This document shows, piece after piece, positions 19,985 to 30,726 of a DNA stretch of 64,000 nt (within the stretch, counting starts at the first letter, position 1; every line of letters starts with the position of its first letter). Source of the DNA: an uncultured Bacteroidota bacterium (GTDB lineage: Bacteria; Bacteroidota; Bacteroidia; AKYH767-A; OLB10); the NCBI GenBank assembly GCA_963814475.1, contig CAWFDA010000044.1:146589-210588 (forward strand), read 5' to 3'. A program made the position numbers and the translations under genes. The notes below the pieces were generated by a model that worked only from the letters and a program-made list of their open reading frames with translations, was not told the origin of the DNA and made no database searches.

Positions 19985-20722
19985 TTATTCGAAGGTGAAG
20001 GAGATGAGAAAAATTTTCGATTTGAGAGATTCTAGTGAGGTAGAAAATATTTTTGGATCGTCGACGAGGAGATTTTTTAGTCCGTTATACATTTTTATTT
20101 CAGGAGAGAATTTAAAACGTTCCATATAAAAATCAAAACCGAATCCGACTTGATATCCATAATCGTTTTTCTTGAGCTTCACAAACTCTTTATCGGCACT
20201 TTCAACTTTTGCTTGCGAAACCATGTCGATGCTATACTTTGCTCCGGCAATAACATACACTCTGTAATTGTTTACTCTATTCGATTTGAATTTCAACTCT
20301 AGAGGGAATTCGAGTAAAGTAGATTCAATTTGCTTTATGACTATTGTTTTTTTTCCGTCAGGATAAAAAGTATATTCAAGATTTCTTTGGGAGAAGGAGA
20401 GATCGGGAACAAAACGTAAATCGAAATTTTCAGCAAGTCGAAGGTTGGCAATTATGCCAAGATTGAATCCCGTTTGGCCATCAGATTCAACTGTATAAAG
20501 AGAATCAATTTTATTAAAATTATCAGCTCTTCGAATTACAAAATCAGTGCTATTTATCCCTAAAAGGAAACCAAAATGAACCATTTGCCGGTCGTATTTG
20601 GGTAGATTTTGAGTTTTTTTTCGTTGTGCAGAAACATCATTTGAAATTGAAACCAGCACCAAAAGGCACCCCATCACTTTAAGGAAATTGAAGATATTTA
20701 AGCGAAAATGATTGGTTATCAA
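19985..20722 (-). CDS. Outer-membrane beta-barrel protein, PorT/OMP_b-brl_2-like
   Basis: Signal peptide; about 245 aa with alternating hydrophobic beta-strands. Confidence 0.4.
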   Translation of the reverse strand: MITNHFRLNIFNFLKVMGCLLVLVSISNDVSAQRKKTQNLPKYDRQMVHFGFLLGINSTDFVIRRADNFNKIDSLYTVESDGQTGFNLGIIANLRLAENFDLRFVPDLSFSQRNLEYTFYPDGKKTIVIKQIESTLLEFPLELKFKSNRVNNYRVYVIAGAKYSIDMVSQAKVESADKEFVKLKKNDYGYQVGFGFDFYMERFKFSPEIKMYNGLKNLLVDDPKIFSTSLESLKSKIFLISFTFE

Positions 20723-20737
20723 TTATTTGAATGTTTA

Positions 20738-21499
20738 TTATGACTTTACACCGCTATAGATAGAGGCAATGCCAAAGGTAAGTTGTTTTTGATTGGTACC
20801 GGTAAAGCCTGCAAATCTAAGCCTTTCCAGAAACTTTTCCCCATCAGGAAACACTTTAACTGATTCAGGGAGATAGGAGTAGGCTGCTTGATCTTTCGAT
20901 ACTAATCGTCCAATAACAGGTAATATGAAACGGAAATAGAACCAATATAATTGCTTAATTGGAAATGATTTTGGATTGGAGAATTCAAGAATTATGAATT
21001 TTCCTCCCGGTTTCAACACTCTGTTTATTTGGCTCAATCCTTTATCTAAGTCTTCAAAATTCCGCACTCCAAATGCAACGATAGCCGCATCAAAAGTATT
21101 GTCGGGGAAGGCAATATTTTCAGAATCACCATACAACAACTCGATCTTATTCGAAAATTTTCTCTCCACCATTTTCTTTCTTCCTACATCCAACATGCCT
21201 TCAGAAATATCAATTCCAATAATTTTATCCGGGTTAACCGCCAGGGCAGCAATTGCAAAATCGCCTGTGCCTGTTGCGATGTCAAGTAAATTTTTTGGGG
21301 GATTTTCTTTGAGTAAATTGATAGCTTTTTTTCGCCAGCCTTTATCGATTCCCATTGATAACAGATGGTTTAGGAAATCGTAACGTGATGAAATATTATT
21401 AAACATCAAAGCAACTTCTTTCTTTTTCCCTGTTCCAGTATTTCCGTATGGAGTAACAGTTCTAGAAGTTGGCTTAAAAGTATTTTCTGAAACAGACAT
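20738..21499 (-). CDS. ubiE: Demethylmenaquinone/ubiquinone methyltransferase
   Basis: SAM-binding motif LDIATGTGD and VLKPGGKFIILEFS, typical of UbiE/MenG. Confidence 0.85.
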   Translation of the reverse strand: MSVSENTFKPTSRTVTPYGNTGTGKKKEVALMFNNISSRYDFLNHLLSMGIDKGWRKKAINLLKENPPKNLLDIATGTGDFAIAALAVNPDKIIGIDISEGMLDVGRKKMVERKFSNKIELLYGDSENIAFPDNTFDAAIVAFGVRNFEDLDKGLSQINRVLKPGGKFIILEFSNPKSFPIKQLYWFYFRFILPVIGRLVSKDQAAYSYLPESVKVFPDGEKFLERLRFAGFTGTNQKQLTFGIASIYSGVKS

Positions 21500-21544
21500 T
21501 GTTAGCTATTTATATTCAGGTAACAGGATAAAGTGGTTGATTGT

Positions 21545-23357
21545 TTACCCTATCATAAAATGAGCATTCGGGTATCGGTATGCAACGGTCAGTACTTTTT
21601 TGCTCAGAGCAAATCCAAGTGTGAGAGTGCCAATTCTTCCAACAAACATGCAGGCTATGATGATGTATTTTGATGGTTCAGATAAATTTGCAGTGACATT
21701 TGCCGATAATCCTACTGTACAAAATGCAGATACGGATTCGAAAAGTAACAACAAAATATCTGTAGCCGGTTCCAAAATAGATAAAGCAAACGTAGCAATA
21801 AATATAAATGATGCTGAAAAAATAAATATAGAGAATGCCTTATTCAATAATTCCCATGCAATATTATGCCGAAACAATTCTAAATTTCTTTTTCCTCTTA
21901 AGGTAGCAATAGACGACACCATAATGAGGGCAAAAGTTGATGTTTTTATTCCACCGCCAGTTGATCCTGAAGAAGCACCAATAAACATTAAAAAAATCAT
22001 GAGAATCATTGTAGGTACTTGTAAGGCTGCAGTGTCAACAGTATTGAAACCAGTAGTTCGACATGTGATCGATTGAAAGATAGAAGTTACAGTAGATTCA
22101 AATGGTTTTTGTCCGGCTAAAATCTGATTTTTTTCAATCAAATAAAATGTTAATGCACCAAATACAATTAAAATAACAGAACTGTATAAAGAAATTTGAG
22201 TACTGAGAGTATATTTTTTCCAAGGCAACCTCATTCTTTCGCGCATAGATCCGAAGCTAAAAATATCACGGATGGTTGAAAATCCTAAACTGCCAAAGAA
22301 AATTAATCCTGCTATAGCTAAATGTAAAATATAAGAATGTTTTACTAATGGATCATAAAGTCCGTTTGAGAATAATGAAAATCCTGCGTTGTTAAATGCA
22401 GAAATAGAATGAAATACAGAGTAAAATAATTTCTGTCCGAATGAATTAAAATTAATTCCATGATCCCACAATGAGAAAATTAGAATGGTGCCGATGGTTT
22501 CAATAGTGATGGTTAAAAAAATAATTTGACGAAGTAACGCTTTGGCATCCATCAACGAACCGGAGCTAAAAAAATCTTGCATCATGGAGTGATGTTTAAT
22601 TCCAACTCCTTTTGAATATAATGAAGCAAAAAAAGTGGCAAACGAAATAATGTTTAATCCTCCAAATTGAATTAAAGCCATTATCACTAATTGACCTTTG
22701 AAAGTAAAGTACGTTGCTGTGTCAACAACAATCAATCCTGTAACACAACTTGCACTGGTAGATGTGAAAATTGCAGTCATCCAATCTGATCCTAAACGGT
22801 CGGTGGTCATTTCAGGCAACATCAGCAAAAGTGCACCTCCAAGAATAAGAACAATAAATGAAAATATGAACATGGTGCTTGCTTCCAGTTTTACCAGATC
22901 CAATGTGGTACTCGCTTTAGCCATGTCAATAATCAGCAAAATTACTAGTAAAAACTGAAGCAGAATATGATAAACAAAGAGAAATTCTCCATAACCCAAT
23001 GCTGTTAATGTTGAACGTATGAATGGAGTTTTGAAAATAAGCGTACTGAAAGCTTCTATTAATAACAATCCCTACCAAAATCAATTCGAGCCAGGTAGAT
23101 CTTAAGAATTTTGCAGGCTCAAAAGTGTAGAGAAATCTTACAAAATAATTGAAGATGTAAAATCCGAAAAGGAACTTCATGAAAAATATTTCTACTTTTC
23201 TGCTTTCATCATTTTGAGGGAAGCCAATACTATAAATCAAAAGTCCAATTGCCATGACAGCAACTAAAGAACTTTGAATTCTGAAAATAAGCAGAACAAT
23301 GTCTTTACTGTTAAAAATTTTCAGGTTTACCCTCTCTCGGAAGGTTTCGATTGACAT
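21545..23357 (-). CDS. trkH: TrkH-family potassium uptake protein; the N-terminal D0 region appears to be in a separate overlapping ORF, so a frameshift near 22926-23068 is likely
   Basis: Multi-TM protein with TrkH/KtrB pore-loop repeats. The joined length of about 604 aa would suit a TrkH with a D0 extension. Confidence 0.55.
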
Positions 23358-23362
23358 AGTGA

Positions 23363-24382
23363 TTAGCTCTTTTGAATTTCCAGGATTAATGGAATTTTTT
23401 CGACTTCTTCAATCAATCGATCTTTGTTTATTGGAACAACACCAATCAGTTCACAAACCATTCCTCCGGCTAAATTTGCAAGACCGGCAATAGTTTCTTT
23501 TGGAAGTCCCGCTGCCAGACAAAGTGATGCTACACTTATAACAGTGTCGCCGGCACCCGATACATCCGAAATATTTCTCACATGAGCCGGAATAATGATA
23601 CCATCTTTACCGGAAGCAATAAACACACCGGCTTCTGAAAGAGTCACCATAACCATTTCCATTTTACGGTCTTTTAAAAGTATGTCCACAGCCGTTAGTA
23701 GCGATGATTCACAAATTTTATCTATGGTCACATCAAGCCCACTTTTTAATTCATGCAGATTGGGTTTGAAGAGAGCTACATTTTTATAGGTATTGAAGTT
23801 TTTCTTTTTAGGATCAACGGTAACAGGAATCTTTCTTCGGTTCGCCTCATCAGTAATTTTCTCAATTACTTTTTTGGTGAGAACTCCCTTATCATAATCC
23901 TCAAAAATAATGACATCAGGTTTTTCAATTTCCAATAGGCCAATACAAGTAGAAATAAAAATATCGGATTCTTTATCAGTTAATTCTTCAACAGTTTCAT
24001 CATCCACTCTTAAAAGTTGGTGATTGTTACCTATAATTCTTGTTTTAATAGTTGTTTTTCTACCCGCAATTTTTACGATTCCATTACTACTGATATTTTC
24101 TTTTTTTAGCAAATTAACAAAATCAGTGCCACCATCATCATCCCCGGTAACGGAACAGAGGATAGGAGTAGCGCCAAGGGCTTTTATATTTATCGCGACG
24201 TTAGCGGCACCGCCGGGACGCATTTCTCTTTTGGAAATATGCACAACAGGGACAGGAGCTTCAGGTGAAATGCGGTCGACTTTCCCAAAGACATAGGCAT
24301 CGGTCATTACATCTCCGATTACCATGGCTTTGAGCCTGGAAAAATGTCCTATGATTTCTCTGATATTTCCTGAGTTTTTCAA
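23363..24382 (-). CDS. PfkB-family carbohydrate kinase (RfaE/HldE kinase-domain-like, D-glycero-D-manno-heptose-7-phosphate kinase-like)
   Basis: PfkB motifs GAGDT and VTDAYVFG...PEAPVPVV similar to HldE domain I. Confidence 0.6.
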   Translation of the reverse strand: MKNSGNIREIIGHFSRLKAMVIGDVMTDAYVFGKVDRISPEAPVPVVHISKREMRPGGAANVAINIKALGATPILCSVTGDDDGGTDFVNLLKKENISSNGIVKIAGRKTTIKTRIIGNNHQLLRVDDETVEELTDKESDIFISTCIGLLEIEKPDVIIFEDYDKGVLTKKVIEKITDEANRRKIPVTVDPKKKNFNTYKNVALFKPNLHELKSGLDVTIDKICESSLLTAVDILLKDRKMEMVMVTLSEAGVFIASGKDGIIIPAHVRNISDVSGAGDTVISVASLCLAAGLPKETIAGLANLAGGMVCELIGVVPINKDRLIEEVEKIPLILEIQKS

Positions 24383-24423
24383 TGAGATGAACCTTGCGCG
24401 GCAAAGTTAATCGAAATTATGAC

Positions 24424-25617
24424 TCAATGTAGTTTTGCAAGGCTATCCTTCACCCGGTTCATTGCTTTTATGAGCAGTTCGTCGGAGGTGGCATACGATA
24501 ACCTCACGCAATCGGGTGCCCCAAAAGCCTCGCCGGTCACCATGGATACGCCTGCATCTCTAAGCAAATACATGCAAAAATCGGTAGCATTATTGATAAC
24601 TGTAGTGCCATCTGTTTTGCCGAAAAAAGCACTGATATCCGGAAAGAAATAAAATGCACCCATTGGAACATTCACTTTCATACCGGGAATTTCGTTCAGC
24701 ATTTTCATCACGAGGTCACGGCGTCGCTTATACGTTTCGCGCATTTGATCGTAAAATGCTGTTCCCGAGCGTAAAGCGGCAGTGGCGGCCTTTTGAGAGA
24801 TGGAGCTGGTTCCTGAAGTAAATTGTCCTTGCATTTTATCGCATGCCTGGGCAATCCATTTCGGTGCACCAATGTAACCGATTCTCCAACCGGTCATTGC
24901 ATAGCCTTTCGAAACCCCGTTCACAATTATGACTCTATCTTTTATAAAATCGAACTGAGCAATACTCTCATGCTTTCCCGAAAAATTGATGTGCTCATAA
25001 ATTTCATCCGAAATAATGTACAAATCCTCATGTTCGGCTATCACTTTGGCAATTTTCTCCAACTCTTCACGAGTGTAAACAGACCCTGAAGGATTACATG
25101 GAGAAGAAAAAATAAGAAGTTTTGATTTTGGAGTTATGGCATCACGAATTTGCTTTGCGGAAACTTTGTAATCGGTTTCAACAGTTGCATCCACGTAAAC
25201 CGGAACTCCTTCGGCCAATTTTATCATCTGCGAATAGCTCACCCAATAGGGAGTCGGAACAATTACTTCTTCACCCGGATTAACCAGACTCAATATCACA
25301 TTGGCAATGGATTGTTTCGCTCCGGTTGATACAACTATTTGATCCGGCGCATAATCCAAATTATTTTCGTTTTTGAATTTATCTGACACGGCTTTGCGCA
25401 GATCGGCAAAACCAGCTATGGGCGAATAAAAAGTGAAGCCCTCATCAATGGCTTTTTTGGCGCTTTCGCGGATGTCGGGAGGGGTCACAAAATCGGGTTC
25501 GCCTAAACTTAAGCTGATAATATCTCTTCCTTGTTCCTGAAGTTCCCGGCTCAACTTTGCCATTGCAATTGTTTGAGATTCAGTAAGATGGGTAATTCTA
25601 TCCGCGAGCTTGGTCAT
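24424..25617 (-). CDS. aspC: Aspartate/aromatic aminotransferase, class I PLP-dependent
   Basis: PLP-lysine region VNGVSKGYAMTGWRIGY; 397 aa. Confidence 0.8.
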   Translation of the reverse strand: MTKLADRITHLTESQTIAMAKLSRELQEQGRDIISLSLGEPDFVTPPDIRESAKKAIDEGFTFYSPIAGFADLRKAVSDKFKNENNLDYAPDQIVVSTGAKQSIANVILSLVNPGEEVIVPTPYWVSYSQMIKLAEGVPVYVDATVETDYKVSAKQIRDAITPKSKLLIFSSPCNPSGSVYTREELEKIAKVIAEHEDLYIISDEIYEHINFSGKHESIAQFDFIKDRVIIVNGVSKGYAMTGWRIGYIGAPKWIAQACDKMQGQFTSGTSSISQKAATAALRSGTAFYDQMRETYKRRRDLVMKMLNEIPGMKVNVPMGAFYFFPDISAFFGKTDGTTVINNATDFCMYLLRDAGVSMVTGEAFGAPDCVRLSYATSDELLIKAMNRVKDSLAKLH

Positions 25618-25685
25618 TTAAGATTTTTAAATTGAAACGCAAAACTACTAAAAATGGTTCGGTGCAGGGTGGAATGAAAAATTTG

Positions 25686-25862
25686 ATGTGGTGATGTGGT
25701 GATGTGGTGATGTGGTGATGTGGTGATGTGGTGATGGGTGATGTGGTGATGTCGTGATGGGTGATGTGGTGATGTCGTGATGTCGTGATGGGTGCCGCTC
25801 CTGCCACCGCCACCGCCACCGCCGGCCACCACCCGCCACCGCCGCCACCGCCACCACCGCCG
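25686..25862. repeat. Simple-sequence repeats: (GTGGTGAT) about 13 copies, then (CCACCG) about 10 copies, in the divergent aspC/25901 promoter region
   Basis: Read directly. The repeats generate spurious His-rich ORFs in all three frames. Confidence 0.85.
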
Positions 25863-25900
25863 TTTTTTTTCCGATATTTGCACCCTCAAAAGAATTAAAT

Positions 25901-26431
25901 ATGAATTTACCACAAGGCATACTCGATTTTCTGGTTTATCTGGCTCCGTCGTTACTGGTTTTCCTGACCGCATTTTTTCTGGTCAAAAAATTCCTCGACA
26001 GCGATCAGAAGTTAAAATATGCTGAATTAAAGAAGACCATGGACAACAACCTCATGCCATTGCGTTTGCAGGCTTATGAGCGTATTGTTTTGTTTTTGGA
26101 AAGAATTTCTCCTAACAACATGCTCAGCAGAATATACGAACCGGGCATGACCGTTTTGGAATTTCATCGCGAGATACTCCAGAATATAAAAATGGAGTAT
26201 GAGCACAACATCACTCAGCAGGTTTATGTAACTAATGCAGCATGGAACACTGTTCGCGCAAGCAGAGATGAATTGGTGAAACTGGTGAACCTATCCGTTG
26301 CAAAATGCAATCCAAATGCTCCCGGTGTGGAACTCAGCAAAACTATTTTTGAAAATATGATGCAGAGCGAGGAGTATCCCATTCAAAATGCCATCGACCA
26401 GATAAAGAATGAAGCTCATTCACTTTTTTAG
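25901..26431 (+). CDS. Hypothetical protein with an N-terminal TM segment
   Basis: An ORF of 176 aa with a coding-like composition. I do not recognise a family. Confidence 0.45.
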   Translation: MNLPQGILDFLVYLAPSLLVFLTAFFLVKKFLDSDQKLKYAELKKTMDNNLMPLRLQAYERIVLFLERISPNNMLSRIYEPGMTVLEFHREILQNIKMEYEHNITQQVYVTNAAWNTVRASRDELVKLVNLSVAKCNPNAPGVELSKTIFENMMQSEEYPIQNAIDQIKNEAHSLF

Positions 26432-26460
26432 GTATAACGTTTTTGTATATATGAAGTAAT

Positions 26461-28029
26461 ATGTCTGATAAAAAAACAGCACCCTGTACTTTCTTCACTG
26501 ATTCAGGGATTGAAATAAAACGTGTATACAAGGCAGTTAGTAATGAGGGCGATGAACCAGGTGAGTTTCCTTTTACAAGAGGAGTGCAATCGGACATGTA
26601 CCGCTCCAAAGTTTGGACCATGCGACAGTATGCCGGTTTCAGCACTGCAGAGGAGTCGAATAAACGGTATCGCTATTTACTTTCACAAGGTACTACGGGG
26701 TTGAGTGTTGCTTTTGATCTTCCAACACAAATTGGTTACGACAGCGATCATGATTTATCGGAGGGTGAGGTTGGGAAGGCCGGTGTGGCAATTGACTCCT
26801 TGCACGATATGGAACAATTGTTTGATGGAATAGAATTGGAAAAAATTACCACATCCATGACCATCAATGCGACTGCTTCTACATTGCTGTGTATGTACAT
26901 TGCATTAGCGAAACGACAAGGAGCATCATTAAAAAATATTTCGGGAACTATTCAGAATGATATTTTAAAGGAGTACGCGGCTCGTGGAACTTATATTTAT
27001 CCACCGAAGCCATCAATGCGAATCATCACTGATATTTTTGAGTATTGCTCGAAGGAAGTACCGAAGTGGAATACCATTTCAGTTTCAGGTTATCATATAC
27101 GCGAGGCCGGTGCCAATGCTGTGCAGGAACTTGCATTTACACTTGCCGATGGTAAAGCCTATTTGCAAGCGGCACTTGATAAAAAATTAGATATAAATGT
27201 CTTTGCAAAACGCATTTCTTTTTTCTTTAATGCACATAATAATTTGTTTGAAGAAGTTGCCAAGTTTCGTGCGGCACGAAGGATGTGGGCAAAGATCACC
27301 AAGGATCTTGGTGCCACCGATCCACGAGCCATGATGCTGAGGTTTCATACTCAAACGGGAGGCTCAACGCTTACGGCACAACAACCCATGAACAACATTG
27401 TGAGAGTAACTGTACAGGCACTTTCTGCAGTGTTGGGAGGAACACAATCGCTACATACGAATGGCTATGATGAAGCTATGTCGTTGCCGACGGAAGAAGC
27501 AGCGACCATCGCATTACGTACTCAGCAAATTATTGCTCACGAGAGTGGCTCCATCATGACAGTTGATCCTCTTGGTGGTTCTTATTATATTGAAGCACTA
27601 ACTGATGAAGTCGAAAAAAAGGCGTGGGAATACATTCATCATATTGATGAAATGGGAGGGGCGGTGAATGCAATTGAGGCGGGATACATCCAACAGGAAA
27701 TTGCTGATTCCGCATACAAATATCAACGCGATATTCAGAACGGAGAAAAAATAATTGTCGGTCAGAATAAATACACTCAAAAAGAACCACCATTCGATAA
27801 AGTTTTCTCCATCGACGATTCTATCCGTCATCTTCAAATGGAAAAACTAAAATCACTTAAAAATTCCCGCGATTCAAAGCTAGTAGAACAAAACCTAAAA
27901 CAACTCGATCAATCAGCCCGCGACGGAAGTAACTTGATGCCATTTATATTGACGGCAGTCGAAAATTATGCAACGCTCGGAGAAATTTCGGATACGTTGA
28001 GAAAAGTTTTTGGAGAGTATGAAGGCTAA
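26461..28029 (+). CDS. Methylmalonyl-CoA mutase family protein; catalytic TIM-barrel subunit without a fused B12-binding domain
   Basis: FPFTRG, RQYAGF and [11 protein letters not shown] motifs of the MCM substrate-binding barrel. 522 aa, ending before where a B12 domain would be. Confidence 0.75.
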   Translation: MSDKKTAPCTFFTDSGIEIKRVYKAVSNEGDEPGEFPFTRGVQSDMYRSKVWTMRQYAGFSTAEESNKRYRYLLSQGTTGLSVAFDLPTQIGYDSDHDLSEGEVGKAGVAIDSLHDMEQLFDGIELEKITTSMTINATASTLLCMYIALAKRQGASLKNISGTIQNDILKEYAARGTYIYPPKPSMRIITDIFEYCSKEVPKWNTISVSGYHIREAGANAVQELAFTLADGKAYLQAALDKKLDINVFAKRISFFFNAHNNLFEEVAKFRAARRMWAKITKDLGATDPRAMMLRFHTQTGGSTLTAQQPMNNIVRVTVQALSAVLGGTQSLHTNGYDEAMSLPTEEAATIALRTQQIIAHESGSIMTVDPLGGSYYIEALTDEVEKKAWEYIHHIDEMGGAVNAIEAGYIQQEIADSAYKYQRDIQNGEKIIVGQNKYTQKEPPFDKVFSIDDSIRHLQMEKLKSLKNSRDSKLVEQNLKQLDQSARDGSNLMPFILTAVENYATLGEISDTLRKVFGEYEG

Positions 28030-28452
28030 TAAAAAAAACTTATAAGTCAACGTCCGTAGTAAGGAAATTTATTTTTTTGAAGGGTGCTTTAGTGATAAGT
28101 GAAAAGTGACATGTGACAAGCCTGCCGGGATCGAAAGAGACGGGTGCAAAGTTACCGCCGTGCGGAATTTGCAATTCCGCACAATCCAAATATAGGGGAT
28201 CTCCGATCCCCGAAACATTCTGGAGGGAATCAATTACAATTTTTAAATAAATTTTCTCATTACACTTCACTTCGCATATAAATCACAATCAAATCCTAGT
28301 AACATTTTACCAACTAAAACACTGTGCCGTAGAAGCCCACTTAAGGTCTCCCAAGGTTGCCAATTTTAACCTCTCCATTTGCAAAAATCCCACCATTTCC
28401 CTACCTTTCCGCCAACCAATTCAAAATTTAACTCCTGCAATAATTCGATTTA

Positions 28453-29944
28453 ATGAAAAATAAAATTGCAATTATTTTCTTGTTGTTTTTGAGTTCGGTG
28501 AATTGCATTGCTCAACAGCAAAATTTCAATTGGTGTTTTGGCGATTCGGCAGGTGTGGATTTTAATAATCTAGGTTCACCTCAACCATTTGGTTCCGGAT
28601 TAAGAACACGAGGAAGTTGTGCATCTATAAGTGATTCTTCTGGAAATTTGTTGATGTATGCTTTCACTAGAGCAACTGTTCCTGGAAATACTACCAAAGT
28701 CTTCAACAATCAACATCAATTAATGCAAAATGGTGATACGATTGTAGGCCGTGGTTGGTATCATGAACAGGTTATTGTTCCTAAACCCGCAAATGATTCT
28801 CTTTATTATCTATTTTCTGTCGGGGTGACTACTATCTATGGATTGTATTATTCTGTAGTAAATATGAATGCCAATGGGGGTTTAGGCGAAGTCATTCAAA
28901 AGAATGTGATGGTTATGCCGGATCAACAAGCTGATTGTATTATGGCAGTCAAACATGGAAATGGCAGGGACTGGTGGGTGGTAGGGAGAAGGCTGCAACA
29001 CACTCTTCTTATTTGGAATAAATGAATATTACACAGTATTAATTTCACCCTCTGGAGTCTCTGCACCTTCATTCCAAACAATCGGTTCAATAAATGAATC
29101 AGGTTTTGGCAGAATTAGTTTTTCACCATCAGGAGATACATTATTATTTACTAACCCTGGGGAAGTTATCGAATATTTTCAATTTGACCGATGTACAGGC
29201 CTATTAAGCAATCCTGTCACAATAAGACCCCCTGCAACGACTTATAGCGATTGGACTTGGAGTAATGAATTCTCAAGCGACGGTAGATTTATTTACACCA
29301 GCACTAGCAAAGATACCACCCAACTTTTTCAATATGATTTACAATCACCAAATCCACTTGCAACACGAACCACTTTATTTCAGAGTGCTTTTCCGAGGTA
29401 CGCAGGTGGTGATGTAAAGCGAGGTCCTGATGGAAAAATATATTTCAGCATTGCCTATGCAAATACCGGAGTTTCTTATCCGTATCCTGATACTGTTTAC
29501 AATAATTATAATATGAATTTGAGTGTAATCAACTCACCTGATAGTTTAGGAACTGCTTGCGATTTTCAACCTTACAGTTTTTACCTTGGCGGAAAGCGAA
29601 CTTACTATGGACTACCCAATAACCCTGATTATTTTCTGGGTCCGAAAATTGGAAGTCCATGTGACACAATTACCGCCATTTCCGAAGCATCGCAGCAAGC
29701 ACTTATCACTAATATTTTTCCTAACCCCGGTTCAGGACCAGTGACAATAAATTACTTTTTGCCCAATGGTAAGCAAGGTAATCTGGAAGTGTATAATATG
29801 CATGGTGAGAAAATATTTCATCAAATATTACCAAGATTCACATACATGCAGAATGTGGATTTAAGTAGTTTGTCTTCGGGAATTTATTTAGTGAAAATTT
29901 GGAGTGGAGATAAGTATGATTTTAAAAAGTGGGTGAGGGAGTGA
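28453..29944 (+). CDS. T9SS-secreted protein with a Por C-terminal sorting domain, split by a frameshift near 29010-29030
   Basis: Signal peptide at 28453. After LIWNK the frame stays open in the next frame (NEYYTVLISPSG...) through to the CTD (NIFPNPGSGPVTINYF...GIYLVKIW). Confidence 0.6.
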
Positions 29945-30095
29945 GAGAGTAAAAAGAATTTTTGAACGTGCACTCGTCAAATGTCGCTCATGCGAACTAG
30001 GTCACTTGGCAACTTTTCTCTAGTCTCATTTGAACTTTGTGGTCAGCATCCTCGGACTTGTCACCCGTCTCCTTCGGATCCGGGCAGGCTTTTCA

Positions 30096-30419
30096 CTATT
30101 TTTCCGCTACTTGGGATTTATCTTCGGCGGCGATCACCATAAAAATATCTTCATCGTCTTTTTTCATCCGATAAGTTTCCCGAGCAAATTTTTCCAGGTT
30201 TCCGGGATCGGAGGTGAGTTCGAAGGTGCTTTTTTGGTTGAGTTCAATTTCGTTAGTAAAATACTCTTTTTCTTCTTCCAGCTTATGTAATTCTTGTCGG
30301 TAGCTGTATTGTGAAATAAAATCATTGCGATCAAAAGCGATCATCCAGACGGTAAACACAATTACGGTGATCACATATTTATTTTTCAGCCAGGGCCAAA
30401 TTTTCTCAAAACGCTTCAT
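30096..30419 (-). CDS. Septum formation initiator (FtsB/DivIC-like)
   Basis: 107 aa with a single TM followed by a coiled coil (YRQELHKLEEEKEYFTNEIEL). Confidence 0.6.
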   Translation of the reverse strand: MKRFEKIWPWLKNKYVITVIVFTVWMIAFDRNDFISQYSYRQELHKLEEEKEYFTNEIELNQKSTFELTSDPGNLEKFARETYRMKKDDEDIFMVIAAEDKSQVAEK

Positions 30420-30552
30420 AATTCAAAAGTATAGGTATTAAACGATATTTGGGATCCCTCATTGTACAGTTATTTACAGGGGGATGTTTAAAAGTTGGGA
30501 AAGGGGGAACTTTGTTAAAAAATTGTAAATGAACTAATTAAAATAAATTTCG

Positions 30553-30719
30553 CGACCTGGCAGGTCCCAGCTCGCTTCGACCTGACAGGTCCCAACCTCG
30601 CTTCGACCTGACAGGTCCCCGCCGCTCTCGACCTGACAGGTCCCCGCGCACTTCGACCTGTCAGGTCTCCGCGCACTTCGACCTGACAGGTCTCCGACCG
30701 CTTTCGACCTGACAGGTGG
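30553..30719. repeat. Array of seven copies of the 14-bp palindrome CGACCTGACAGGTC separated by 11-12-bp related spacers (period about 25 bp)
   Basis: Read directly from the sequence. It lies between the pruA stop and the ftsB-like start. Confidence 0.85.
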
Positions 30720-30726
30720 TAAGGAA

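Noticed and set aside
25598-25973. Three overlapping His/Thr/Pro-rich ORFs (73, 90 and 119 aa) on the minus strand
   Set aside because: All three frames are open only because of the (GTGGTGAT)n and (CCACCG)n microsatellites. They lie in a divergent promoter region and are almost certainly not genes.
30553-30719. Possible CRISPR array (regular repeat-spacer pattern)
   Set aside because: The repeats are only 14 bp and the spacers 11-12 bp and closely similar to one another. There is no leader and there are no cas genes. It is a degenerate 25-bp tandem repeat of a palindromic site.
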